From Bacteroidales bacterium (GTDB lineage: Bacteria > Bacteroidota > Bacteroidia > Bacteroidales > Marinilabiliaceae), in contig QKIO01000258.1 in the NCBI GenBank assembly GCA_003251015.1, positions 1 to 49,315 of the forward strand: 49,315 nucleotides of DNA, read 5' to 3'. Within the stretch, counting starts at the first letter, position 1, and every line of letters begins with the position of its first letter. Position numbers and translations under genes: made by a program. Shown here in pieces: positions 29,959 to 39,450 of the stretch. Under the pieces are notes generated by a model, which saw only the letters and a list, made by a program, of their open reading frames with translations, was not told the DNA's origin and did no database searches.

Positions 29959-30639
29959 CTATCCCTTTTTACTCAAAAGCTGCAATTTTTCAGTGCTTAT
30001 TATTTCAATGTTTTTGTTGATAATCTGAATGATTTTTTCTTTCTCAAATTCCTTGATGAATTTTATGGCACTTTCGACCGTTATGGAAGCAAAGTCTGCG
30101 ATGTCTTGGCGTGTGAAATTCAAAAAAACATCTTCTTTTTCAAATTCGTCTGATGAAAGATACAATAAAGCCGAGGCTAGTTTTCCTCTCATTTGGTTGA
30201 AACTAAGGTTGCTGATAATGTCTAAATACCTCTGTTCGAGTTGGTAGTTTCGGGTAGTTATGAGCATACCGAAATCAGGGTTATCCATCAAAACTTCCTT
30301 TAATGCTTCTTTATCAACCATGCAAACCAGAGTATCGGTCATTGCAATAGCAGAATAAGGATAGGTGCTTTTTCCAAATACTGAAGAAAAGGCCATGAAG
30401 TCTCCGCTTTTTGCTAAGCGGAGATTGGCTTGTTTACTTTGGCCTTCCGATTGTAAATATACTCTCACAAGACCTGAGATGACATAAATCACATGAGTGG
30501 CAGGAGCATTGTGTTTGATGATGTTTTCGCCTTTTAAGTAGCTAACCTGTGCTTTTTTGTCTTGAATGATGTTTAATTGTGTATTGCTTAGTACACTAAA
30601 ACATGATGGTGCATTGGCGAAATGATCTTGGTGACTCAT
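29959..30639 (-). CDS. Crp/Fnr-family transcriptional regulator
   Basis: 226 aa with an N-terminal cNMP-binding-like beta-roll and a C-terminal HTH (FTRQDIADFASITVESAIKFIKEF). There is no N-terminal Fnr-type Cys cluster. Confidence 0.85.
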   Translation of the reverse strand: MSHQDHFANAPSCFSVLSNTQLNIIQDKKAQVSYLKGENIIKHNAPATHVIYVISGLVRVYLQSEGQSKQANLRLAKSGDFMAFSSVFGKSTYPYSAIAMTDTLVCMVDKEALKEVLMDNPDFGMLITTRNYQLEQRYLDIISNLSFNQMRGKLASALLYLSSDEFEKEDVFLNFTRQDIADFASITVESAIKFIKEFEKEKIIQIINKNIEIISTEKLQLLSKKG

Positions 30640-30929
30640 GAAAAGCGGTTTTAATGGGTGTAAAAATATGGCTTTATTTTCAGAGAAATTTGAAAATGAG
30701 TTGTTTTATAACTTATGGTATTATACCAGTAGGTATAAAATTAAAAAGATTGAATGATAAGTATATCGGTTGTTTGTGAGATGAGAGTATTAATTTGATT
30801 CTGATCTGAATTAATACAGCAAAATTCCTATAATATTTCATACAAATCACTGTTTTACTCCAATGCCTTTTCATTGCTCAGGTTTGGGTTGCAAAATACT
30901 TTTGTAACAAACAAAAATGAACAATAGAA

Positions 30930-32354
30930 ATGGTTATGAAACGAATACAGAAAACAGTTTTTTCCTTCTTTTTAATAACAGCTCCGTTAAGTGCAGTTGC
31001 CCAATTAACGATCGATGGTGAGTTTAGAACTCGCAGCATTGTTGAGAACGGATTTAAAACACCAGCCATTGACGGCAAAGATATTCGCACTTCAGTAGAT
31101 CAGCGAACACGCTTGCGTTTAAATTACCAAACTGAGAAGTACAGTACTCGCATAACATTGCAAGATGCTCGTATTTGGGGGTCGGAAGATATGGTGACTA
31201 AAACCGGTCCGGAGGGTAATTCAAGTACACTTGGGGTTTACGAAGCCTGGGTAGATCTAAAGTTATCTGCTCATGCCAATTTGATAATTGGACGTCAGGA
31301 ATGGAATTATAATGATATGCGTATTTTATCTTCCCGTAATTTTTGGACATCGGGTTTAAGTTATGATGGACTCTTATTGCAATGGCAAAAGGATGGATTG
31401 AAGTTAGATGTCGGAGCATCTTACAATAATAACGGAACGCCTAGTGGTATTACAGTAGATAACTCGTCATGGGAAACTGATAAATTAAAAACCATGAATT
31501 TTATGAATGCCCAAAAACAAATTGGTGAAAAAAGCTCAGTGGCCTTCATGTTTACATTATCGGGTAAAGAGGATGAGACTAACGATGCACTATTAGCAAT
31601 GGGTACGCACGGAATATATTTAATGCATAACTCCGGAAAAAATGCTGTTGATGGTTTGTTTGGGAGTGCTTCGGCATACTACCAGCATGGAACGGATATG
31701 AAGCGCGGCACGGATGGGAACTATAAGGATATTTCAGCTTATTTATTGGCTGCTAATATCGGTTATCGAACCATGGATAAAAAACTTGAGTTATCTGCCG
31801 GTATGGAATATCTTTCCGGTCACGATTATTCTAAAAAAGCGCTTGATTCTAACAATACGCGTCACACCTTTGATTTATCACAAAGTGGCCGCATCCCATA
31901 TTATGGCGGATATATGAACCACTTTATTATTCAGGATAGTTACCTGGTAGGATCGAAAGGAGGAGCCTATTTTGATCCCTACATCAAAGCCAAATACATG
32001 TTTAGTAAAGGGAGCATTTTAGAAGCAGCTTTTTTTATGCCATCTCTGGCATCGGAAGTAACGGCTCACACCAGTGTTGATGCTACAACGGGGAAACCAT
32101 CCGGAGTAGAAGTTGATGATGCGGGAAATCCGGTTTACTGGAAAGGGAATTTAGGGCAGTATCTGGATGTTATCTATACTCATAAATTCAGTAAAGAAAT
32201 TATCCTAAAAGGCGGACTTAGTTTGGGGGCGATTTCAGACATCAAGAATCAGATGGCTTATGGCTATAAAGATGTTGCTAATAAGGAACTTAACTCGGTT
32301 GATACCAATTGCTTTGGTTGGTTGATGCTGATTGTGAAACCAAAGTTTTTATAA
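30930..32354 (+). CDS. outer-membrane porin, alginate-export (AlgE-like) family
   Basis: 474 aa with a signal peptide (FFLITAPLSAVAQ). It carries LTIDGEFRTRS, RTRLRLNYQ and LQDARIWG, motifs typical of alginate_exp-type barrels, and has an aromatic C-terminus (KPKFL). Confidence 0.7.
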   Translation: MVMKRIQKTVFSFFLITAPLSAVAQLTIDGEFRTRSIVENGFKTPAIDGKDIRTSVDQRTRLRLNYQTEKYSTRITLQDARIWGSEDMVTKTGPEGNSSTLGVYEAWVDLKLSAHANLIIGRQEWNYNDMRILSSRNFWTSGLSYDGLLLQWQKDGLKLDVGASYNNNGTPSGITVDNSSWETDKLKTMNFMNAQKQIGEKSSVAFMFTLSGKEDETNDALLAMGTHGIYLMHNSGKNAVDGLFGSASAYYQHGTDMKRGTDGNYKDISAYLLAANIGYRTMDKKLELSAGMEYLSGHDYSKKALDSNNTRHTFDLSQSGRIPYYGGYMNHFIIQDSYLVGSKGGAYFDPYIKAKYMFSKGSILEAAFFMPSLASEVTAHTSVDATTGKPSGVEVDDAGNPVYWKGNLGQYLDVIYTHKFSKEIILKGGLSLGAISDIKNQMAYGYKDVANKELNSVDTNCFGWLMLIVKPKFL

Positions 32355-32746
32355 ATAAATTGGTTGAATCATTTGTTGATTAGGATAGATGCCATTTCTC
32401 TTGTTGGGAAGCAGTTGTTGATGTGATAGAAATGGCTATCTGTATCGTTTATAATTAGTAAAATCCAAAGTCGCAGATCTAATTTGATTGTCATAATAAG
32501 CTCTGTATTTCCCGGCATACGTGTTGCGTTTTTTAACATTCTGATAATTTTTATTGCGTTTTGGGTAATTGTGGATGTTTAGTTTTGAGTATCCAAACTG
32601 ACGAAGGACTGAGTGAATCATGTGCCGGATGTGTGGTGTTATTAGAATATGGTGGAAGCAATAGGAGCATAACAAAATGATTAAATGCCTAATTGTGAAG
32701 TTTTAAGTAGCGAAAGCTAAGTAGTACCATTAATATTTTACAGTTT

Positions 32747-32781
32747 ACCCACTGCTTCAATATAGGAGCAGTGGGTTTTTA
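32747..32781 (+). terminator. intrinsic terminator-like hairpin about 100 nt upstream of ccsBA
   Basis: ACCCACTGC-(12 nt)-GCAGTGGGT is a 9-bp perfect stem followed by TTTTTA. It sits in a 530-bp gap that has no convincing ORF. Confidence 0.6.
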
Positions 32782-32883
32782 GTTTAATTGGTTTGAAACA
32801 GAATTATTGTATGAAATTTAAATCAGATTTTTATATCTTATTTACTATTTTGCAACTAAAGTTTAGAGATATAAAAGAGACTT

Positions 32884-35800
32884 ATGATGAAAAAAATATG
32901 GGATACATTAACAGCAACCTGGTTAATGGGTACTTTACTTATTTTTTTAGCAACAGTTTTAGGAGTTGCTACTTTTATCGAAAAAGATTTTGGGCCAAAT
33001 GCAGCGAGAGCTCTGGTATATAATACCTGGTGGTTCGAAGCTGTTTTTAGTATTCTTTTGGTTAACATGATTGGGAGTTTGTTAAAATTTAAAGCCTGGA
33101 CTTTTAAGAAATTACCTGTGTTGGCTTTTCACTTAGCGTTTGTGTTTATTATTCTCGGCGCTGCCCTTACTCGATACTTTAGTTTCGAAGGATTGATGCA
33201 CATCCGTGAAGGAGAAACATCGGATGTGATATGGTCTAGTGATCAATATGTAAGAATAGGGAATGGTGATGAGATAAAAGATACAAAAGTGCTTTTTTCC
33301 CTTGTAAGTCCTTATGATTATGCTCAAAGCATCTCAACTCCCAGTGGGACTATCACTGTTGAAAGTACTTTGTTTGTGCCAAACGCTATTTCCAAACCAA
33401 TTGAAAAACCCGGAGGATCAGAAGCCTTAGAGTTAATCATTTCTAACGATCAAAATCGCCGTGAAGTTACCATCTTTAAAGGCGATGATCTCCTAATGGA
33501 TGGCATTCGCATTGGATTTGAAACTTTCCCATTTGAAGATTTCGACATTCATGTATGTATGCTCAATGGGATACCGCATTTTTCTTCAAATAAGAAGATT
33601 TCTAAGCTGAATATGCTTACTAAATCTTTAGCAGACCTTCCCGGTGATTCCCTGTTGTTACTCGAACCTTCTGTTTTGTATCAGGTTGGAGATTATCGCT
33701 TGGTATTAAAAAGATATTTACAAAGTGCCGTGCTAGAACCTGTTCAGGTTAGCGAAAATGAAATGTCTGGTTTATCTGAAGCTATCCAGCTAAAAGCAGA
33801 ATTAAATGGAGACGTAAAATCATTTTTTATTTTTGGAAATCAAGGTGTGTTAGGTAAGAAATATAAACAAACTATAGGTGGTGAGGAGTTTTATGTTTCT
33901 TATGGTGCTAAAGAAATCAAAATTCCTTTTTCATTGCGTTTAAATAAGTTTGAGATGGAACGCTATCCGGGGAGTGAAAGCCCAAGTTCCTTTGCTAGTG
34001 AAGTCACCCTTCATGATCATCAAAATGATTTTTCAACCGATTACCGAATCTTTATGAATAACATCCTGAATTATAGTGGTTATCGTTTTTTTCAATCGTC
34101 TTATGATAGCGATGAGAAAGGTACTGTTTTGTCGGTTAATTATGATTGGTGGGGCACTTTGTTGACTTATGTAGGATATTTCATTTTGTCATTGGGCATG
34201 TTTGCCGCTTTAATTGTTCCCCATACACGCTTTCGTTTTTTAATAAAGAGAACCAATGAAATATATAAGCAAAAGAAAGCTCTTGTCGGTATTTTAGTGA
34301 TTGTGCTTTCTGTTACAACCCTTCGTGCCGAAGTGCAGCCTCCTGTTCCTGTGGGTATTGAAGAGGCAAATGCTTTCGGGAAACTAATTGTTCAGGATAA
34401 TAGCGGTCGTATAAAACCCTTGAATACAATGAATAGTGAGGTGCTTGTTAAATTGGTTAAGCATCATACCTTTAAAGGCTTGAGTGCCGATCAGGTGATG
34501 TTGGGCATGATGATAAATCCGAACTATTGGATGCAAGTACCAATGATTACCATCAAACACCCGGAGTTGAAAAGTCAATTAGCTATATCAGGAAAGAAAG
34601 CTGCTTTTAAAGACTTCTTTACTGCGAATGGGCAATTTAAAATTCGTCAATTAGTAGAAAATGCTCATCGAAAAACCCCGGCTCACCGCGATAAATTAGA
34701 ACAGGAATTAGTGAAAGTAGATGAGCAGTTGAATGTATTTTACATGGCTCGTTTGGGAAGCTTTCTTCGCATTTTTCCTCATCCCAAAGATCGACTTGCA
34801 AAATGGCAATCGCCATCTTCTGTTATTGCTGGTTATCCAAGTGAGGATAGTTTATTTGTCTCAAATATTTTTGGATTATATATCGATGCCTTAGCACAAA
34901 AAAATACCGAACAGGCGAATGAATATTTAAATAGCATTTCAAAATACCAGTATAAATATGGAGCAGAAATTTTGCCAAGTGCTTTCAAACGAGATTTAGA
35001 GATTTGGTACAATAAATCGGCATTGTTCATGACACTGTCGCCTTATTTTTTGTTGTTGGGAATCTTACTGTTGATTTTTAATTTGATACGTTTGGTGAAA
35101 CCTCAGCGGCAATTTAAATGGATCTTACGAATTGGATTGACTTTAGTCATTCTTGCATTCTTTTGTTATACCCTTGGATTAGGGATACGTTGGTACATTT
35201 CAGGACATGCACCCTGGAGCAATGGTTACGAATCGATGTTGTACATCGGATGGTCTACCGTATTGGCAGGCTTGGTATTTAGCCATAAAAGCCCAATTGC
35301 TCTGGCGTTGAGCTCCTTTCTGGCCGGAATTGATTTAATGGTAGCCCACCTTAGTTGGATGAATCCTGAGATTACCAATTTGGTACCGGTTTTAAAATCC
35401 TATTGGCTAACCATTCATGTAGCTGTGATTGTGGCGAGTTATGGTTTTTTAGCTTTGTCGGCTTTAATTGGCTTTTTAAACCTTGTATTAATCGGCGTTA
35501 AAACCCCTGCCACCCAAAAACACTTTGAATTAACCATTGAAGAATTGTCTGCTGTTAGTGAAATGGCCATGACGGTAGGATTGTATTTGTTAACCATTGG
35601 TTCTTTTCTAGGAGGTGTATGGGCCAATGAATCCTGGGGTCGTTATTGGGGTTGGGATCCTAAAGAAACCTGGTCTGCAGTTACTATCTTAATTTATGCT
35701 TTTGTGTTGCACATGAGATATATCCCCGGCTTAAAAGGCCTGACAAATTTTAATTTTTGGTCGTTGGTTAGTTTTGCTTCTGTGATTATGACCTACCTGG

Positions 35801-35958
35801 GCGTTAATTATTATTTGTCCGGCATGCATTCCTATGCTAAAGGAGATGCTGTTCCTGTACCAAGTTTTGTTTTCTATGCAATTGCAATAGTAGCGGTGGT
35901 GTCTATTTATGCTTTTTATAATGATCGAAAGCAGAGAGGAGGAAGTGTGAGTTCCTAG
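32884..35958 (+). CDS. ccsBA: fused system II cytochrome c synthase (ResB/CcsB-like N-terminus plus CcsA C-terminus)
   Basis: 1024 aa. The N-terminal ResB-like half is a TM helix followed by a large soluble domain. The C-terminal polytopic half carries the Trp-rich heme-handling motif WANESWGRYWGWDPKETW and conserved His residues. Confidence 0.85.
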   Translation: MMKKIWDTLTATWLMGTLLIFLATVLGVATFIEKDFGPNAARALVYNTWWFEAVFSILLVNMIGSLLKFKAWTFKKLPVLAFHLAFVFIILGAALTRYFSFEGLMHIREGETSDVIWSSDQYVRIGNGDEIKDTKVLFSLVSPYDYAQSISTPSGTITVESTLFVPNAISKPIEKPGGSEALELIISNDQNRREVTIFKGDDLLMDGIRIGFETFPFEDFDIHVCMLNGIPHFSSNKKISKLNMLTKSLADLPGDSLLLLEPSVLYQVGDYRLVLKRYLQSAVLEPVQVSENEMSGLSEAIQLKAELNGDVKSFFIFGNQGVLGKKYKQTIGGEEFYVSYGAKEIKIPFSLRLNKFEMERYPGSESPSSFASEVTLHDHQNDFSTDYRIFMNNILNYSGYRFFQSSYDSDEKGTVLSVNYDWWGTLLTYVGYFILSLGMFAALIVPHTRFRFLIKRTNEIYKQKKALVGILVIVLSVTTLRAEVQPPVPVGIEEANAFGKLIVQDNSGRIKPLNTMNSEVLVKLVKHHTFKGLSADQVMLGMMINPNYWMQVPMITIKHPELKSQLAISGKKAAFKDFFTANGQFKIRQLVENAHRKTPAHRDKLEQELVKVDEQLNVFYMARLGSFLRIFPHPKDRLAKWQSPSSVIAGYPSEDSLFVSNIFGLYIDALAQKNTEQANEYLNSISKYQYKYGAEILPSAFKRDLEIWYNKSALFMTLSPYFLLLGILLLIFNLIRLVKPQRQFKWILRIGLTLVILAFFCYTLGLGIRWYISGHAPWSNGYESMLYIGWSTVLAGLVFSHKSPIALALSSFLAGIDLMVAHLSWMNPEITNLVPVLKSYWLTIHVAVIVASYGFLALSALIGFLNLVLIGVKTPATQKHFELTIEELSAVSEMAMTVGLYLLTIGSFLGGVWANESWGRYWGWDPKETWSAVTILIYAFVLHMRYIPGLKGLTNFNFWSLVSFASVIMTYLGVNYYLSGMHSYAKGDAVPVPSFVFYAIAIVAVVSIYAFYNDRKQRGGSVSS

Positions 35959-36026
35959 TTTTTTGTCATATTTGCATTGAATTAATTTAACAATAATCAT
36001 TTCATCATGTTTGAAATACTTATGTT

Positions 36027-37121
36027 TTGGCGACTCTTATCAATATCTACAAAACCAAGTATAATGGAGCCGACTACGAACTGGACTTAACCATGAGTTA
36101 TAAAGCCAGCACCTTCGAAGGCTACTATAGCCGACCACTCCACCACAAGCACTACGAGCTAAGCGATCATCTGGGCAACGTACGAGCAGTCGTTACCTCT
36201 GGTGTACGCCGAGAGTTTGGCCTACTAGAAGCAACCCTGGTAGCTTCTACCAACTACTATCCATTTGGTATGACCATTGGTTCGCTGAGTGAAAATAGTG
36301 AGAAGTATAGGTTTGGGTTTCAGGGGCAGGAGAATGATCAGGAAACAGGATTCATAAACTATAAATATAGAATGCATGATCCTAGGATTGGTAGGTTCTT
36401 TGCTGTTGACCCGTTAACTAAAGATTATCCATGGAATAGTCCTTACGCTTTTAGTGAGAATAGATTAATAGATGCAGCTGAATTTGAAGGTCTAGAGAAG
36501 ATAATTTATACGACAAGGTCAAAAGAATTATTTCAGAAATTTCAGACTGTAATGAAATCAGATGAAGTTTTGACGTGTATATATAATTCGATAACAAAAC
36601 CAGAATTAAGAGATAAAATATATATCTATTTTGCAACGACTAGTTCTTTATATGCTAAAGGCCAGATGAGAAATGCTGATCAAATAAAGTCAGGTTTGAA
36701 GTGGGGAGAAAGATATTTGAATGATGCAGATATGAAAAATGATCAGACTTATGATTATTTAAGGGATTATGCGACTCAAAGAAAAGAAATTGGAATATCT
36801 TTTAAAACAATAGCAGATCGGGAAAAGGAAGGGATAAAACAATTTCTTATACTAATTAATGATTCGGAAGATACTCAGAAGGATCATGTAAAGAATGCAT
36901 TACATGAAGCAGAGCTTCATTTAAAAAATGCGATACAATATGAACTAAGTGGTGATGAAAAATACAATCAGACCCCCGGTCAAGAGCATAAATTTGGATA
37001 TGGAGAGGCGTATTATAGGAAAACAGGTGAGGATCCTGAAAGAACTTCACCACCTAAAGGTCAAGAGCCAGAAGGGAGCCATATGAAAGGATTGTATGAT
37101 AAAGTAGACGAAGTATGGTAA
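36027..37121 (+). CDS. orphan (N-terminally truncated) RHS repeat-associated core fragment fused to an unassigned C-terminal toxin-like domain
   Basis: The frame opens at a TTG directly after AT-rich DNA and is already inside RHS core sequence: HYELSDHLGNVRAVV, YYPFGM, FGFQGQENDQETGFINYKYRMHDPRIGRFFAVDP and a boundary-like ...ENRLIDAAEFEGLE. About 210 aa follow with no motif I can place. There is a sharp G+C drop between the core and the tail. Confidence 0.75.
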   Translation: MATLINIYKTKYNGADYELDLTMSYKASTFEGYYSRPLHHKHYELSDHLGNVRAVVTSGVRREFGLLEATLVASTNYYPFGMTIGSLSENSEKYRFGFQGQENDQETGFINYKYRMHDPRIGRFFAVDPLTKDYPWNSPYAFSENRLIDAAEFEGLEKIIYTTRSKELFQKFQTVMKSDEVLTCIYNSITKPELRDKIYIYFATTSSLYAKGQMRNADQIKSGLKWGERYLNDADMKNDQTYDYLRDYATQRKEIGISFKTIADREKEGIKQFLILINDSEDTQKDHVKNALHEAELHLKNAIQYELSGDEKYNQTPGQEHKFGYGEAYYRKTGEDPERTSPPKGQEPEGSHMKGLYDKVDEVW

Positions 37122-37705
37122 GATATGTTTTTTTAGTTTTATTATGTGGTGTTTTTTTTAGTTGTAACTACAATAGACAACAGTATCATGTTTTTGGAGG
37201 TTTAACTAGGGATAGTTTAAACAATAGAAATGTTTGTTTTTACCGATGTTTAGAAAAAGAAAGTTATAGTTATAATGAAGTTATATTTGAACCCTTTGTT
37301 TTAGAAAAAAAAGATTTCATTTATCTCGAAGGATACTGGGGGAGTGTAAATGATACTTTATATCTAATTTTAGATCCTTTTTTTAATAAAGACTGTATTA
37401 TTAGGTATCCTATATTGTGTATTAGTGATACCATCAATGCTATTGCAAAAAAAATGAGTTATACTAGTAATTGTGGTGAAGTTTTTGATCCCACAAGTCC
37501 ACCAGAACCATATAGTTATAAGGTAGAATCGTATGAAAATGGAATTTATTCAGTTTCATTTTCAAATGTAGGTCAATTATCAGCTAATGATATTAGTATT
37601 CTTACCATTGATATTTCCCTGCAGTTTGGGGTGTTGAATATAAAATATATTGAAGGGAAGTATGATTTTTTAGTGCCATGGTTATGGTCTAGTGATATTA
37701 GATAG
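37115..37705 (+). CDS. putative cognate immunity lipoprotein
   Basis: 196 aa. Its start overlaps the toxin stop (ATGGTAA). It has a lipoprotein signal (VFLVLLCGVFFSC) and belongs to no family I know. The assignment rests on position and coupling. Confidence 0.5.
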   Translation: MVRYVFLVLLCGVFFSCNYNRQQYHVFGGLTRDSLNNRNVCFYRCLEKESYSYNEVIFEPFVLEKKDFIYLEGYWGSVNDTLYLILDPFFNKDCIIRYPILCISDTINAIAKKMSYTSNCGEVFDPTSPPEPYSYKVESYENGIYSVSFSNVGQLSANDISILTIDISLQFGVLNIKYIEGKYDFLVPWLWSSDIR

Positions 37706-37750
37706 GAATGCCTAGTTCGCTGTAGTGACTAAATAAAACAAATCGTTCCC

Positions 37751-37804
37751 CCAGTTCGGCATAGCGTCACGCTATGTCGGTTTTAACAAGGCCTCTGGCC
37801 TGTA
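37751..37804 (+). repeat. double-hairpin element, copy A
   Basis: Hairpin 1 is CGGCATAGCG-TCA-CGCTATGTCG. It is followed by TTTTAACA and then hairpin 2, AGGCC-TCT-GGCCT, and GTA. Confidence 0.6.
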
Positions 37805-37873
37805 TATATAATATAGCCTACCACCGCACGAGTCACCTCATATGGTAAACAGCAAAGAATAAAAAAAGCAAAA

Positions 37874-37926
37874 CATTCAGCACAGCCTCATGGCTATGCT
37901 GCTATTAACAAGGCCCTCGGCCTGTA
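37874..37926 (+). repeat. double-hairpin element, copy B
   Basis: Hairpin 1 is CAGCACAGCC-TCAT-GGCTATGCTG. It is followed by CTATTAACA and then hairpin 2, AGGCC-CTC-GGCCT, and GTA. The architecture matches copy A, 123 bp downstream of it. Confidence 0.6.
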
Positions 37927-37947
37927 AAAAACAAAAAAGAATATATA

Positions 37948-39352
37948 ATGAAAACAAAGTTTTTATTAACTGTCGCATTATTCATTACAAGTTTATTAAA
38001 TGCACAGGAATACGAATGGGAAGTTGAGAATGTTGGTAGCAATCCAGGTACCCGCATAGTTGCCACCTTTACAGTACCAACTGTAGATAACTATAAAGGG
38101 CTTCAGATCGTTGGGCAAGTTATAGATTGTAACACCAATTGGGGATCAGCATTACCTACAGTGGCCAATTTTAGTGCTTACATAAATTTTACTGGAGGGC
38201 ATGAGGTAGATATTGTACAGTCCATCAAGACCAATAATATTATAGGGTTTTCAAAAGGTTTCAGATACTGAGGTTAATTTAGTAGCAAGGTGTCCGGTTG
38301 CACATCAAAACGTAAAAGTACTTTATCGAAAAACTGAGGGATATGCGACAATTACACCCGGTGATCCTAATTCGGTTGAGACAGATACTGAGGTTTTATT
38401 AGCACAGCCTCGTTATGTCCCGGTAACAGAGGTTTTTTCTACCAATCAAAACATGGGCATAGGAACCACTACTCCGGAGGCAGGTCTTCATATATTTTCT
38501 GCTAGTAAAACAGATGCCATTAAAGGTAGCTTACTAATCGAAACCGATCCTGATAATGACGATGAAAGGCATAATCCCATAATAACCCTAACTCAGGATG
38601 CAGGGCTTGTGAAAGGTAATTTTGGTGTAAGTGGCAATACCGGTTCAAATTATACTTATTCAATAAGTAACAGCGTTTATTTACAAAATACCAATGGAGC
38701 TTGCGGTATGCAATTTGTTATTGGCAATAAAGCCCAAGTGACCTTAGACCAATATGGGAATTTTGGTATAGGCGATAACTATCCACGTCATTCTTTACAA
38801 ATCTATAATCGCTACGATGCTACAAAGCGAAATGCCGTGTTCTTTGGCTATAACAGTACTTGGTCTAACAAGGATGGAGAGTTGAATATAACTACTTTTG
38901 TTGGTGAGTATGGCTTATCAGATAGTAACGAATTGCAATTGCATGGCAGTAACGGCTTTAAGTTTACAACCGGTAACTATTTCAATGGAGAAGAAATTGC
39001 CATGGAATTATCAAAAGATGAGCAAGGTGAAAATACTTTACAACTAAATGGTAAGGTGGTCGCCAGCGAAGTCCGCATTAGCAAACCACTCACAGCCGAT
39101 TTTGTTTTTGAAGAAGACTATAGCTTACGCGATTTATCAGAAGTAGAAAACTTCGTAAAAGAAAACAAGCATTTACCGGAAGTACCAAGTGCCAAGGATA
39201 TGGAACAAAATGGCGTTGGAGTCGCCCAAATGAACCAATTATTACTTCAAAAAATAGAAGAATTAACCTTATATACCATTCAACAGCAAAAAGTAATTGA
39301 GCAACAAGGCGACTTGTTAAAGGCTTTAGATAAAAAACTAAATGAACTCTAA
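37948..39352 (+). pseudogene. secreted tail-fibre-like surface protein gene interrupted by a 1-nt frameshift
   Basis: The 5' ORF (37948-38271) has a signal peptide. The 3' frame is open from 38246 (I traced it codon by codon) to 39352. The two frames overlap only across GGGTTTTCAAAAGG. The total length of 1405 nt is 3n+1. The 3' part has NMGIGTTTPEAGLHIF and a C-terminal ...DFVFEEDYSLRDLSEVENFVKENKHLPEVPSAKDMEQNGV...LLLQKIEELTLYTIQQQK domain, which I recall as common in Bacteroidota tail-fibre-like proteins. Confidence 0.6.
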
Positions 39353-39450
39353 GCGATATTAAATAAGCTTTATGCACATTTTTCTAAAGACACATATTTT
39401 AAACAGATGAAACGAACATGCAAAAAGTTTTACTGACAGGTGGATGATTA

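Noticed and set aside
32436-32675. 79-aa very basic minus-strand ORF between the porin and ccsBA.
   Set aside because: Its composition (K/R/H/Y/N rich) is what AT-rich non-coding DNA yields. It has no signal peptide, motif or coupling. I treat it as non-coding, but cannot exclude a small protein.
35731-36000. 89-aa minus-strand ORF spanning the ccsBA 3' end.
   Set aside because: It is mostly antisense to ccsBA, has no motifs, and ends in the AT-rich junction.
36895-36915. HEAELH in the RHS C-terminal domain as a zincin metallopeptidase motif.
   Set aside because: The spacing is HExxxH, not the canonical HExxH, and I cannot identify a third ligand. I do not use it to assign a function.
37948-39352. 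The tail-fibre-like gene as evidence of a prophage.
   Set aside because: No capsid, terminase, portal, integrase or other phage genes lie nearby. Proteins of this type also occur as chromosomal surface proteins in Bacteroidota.
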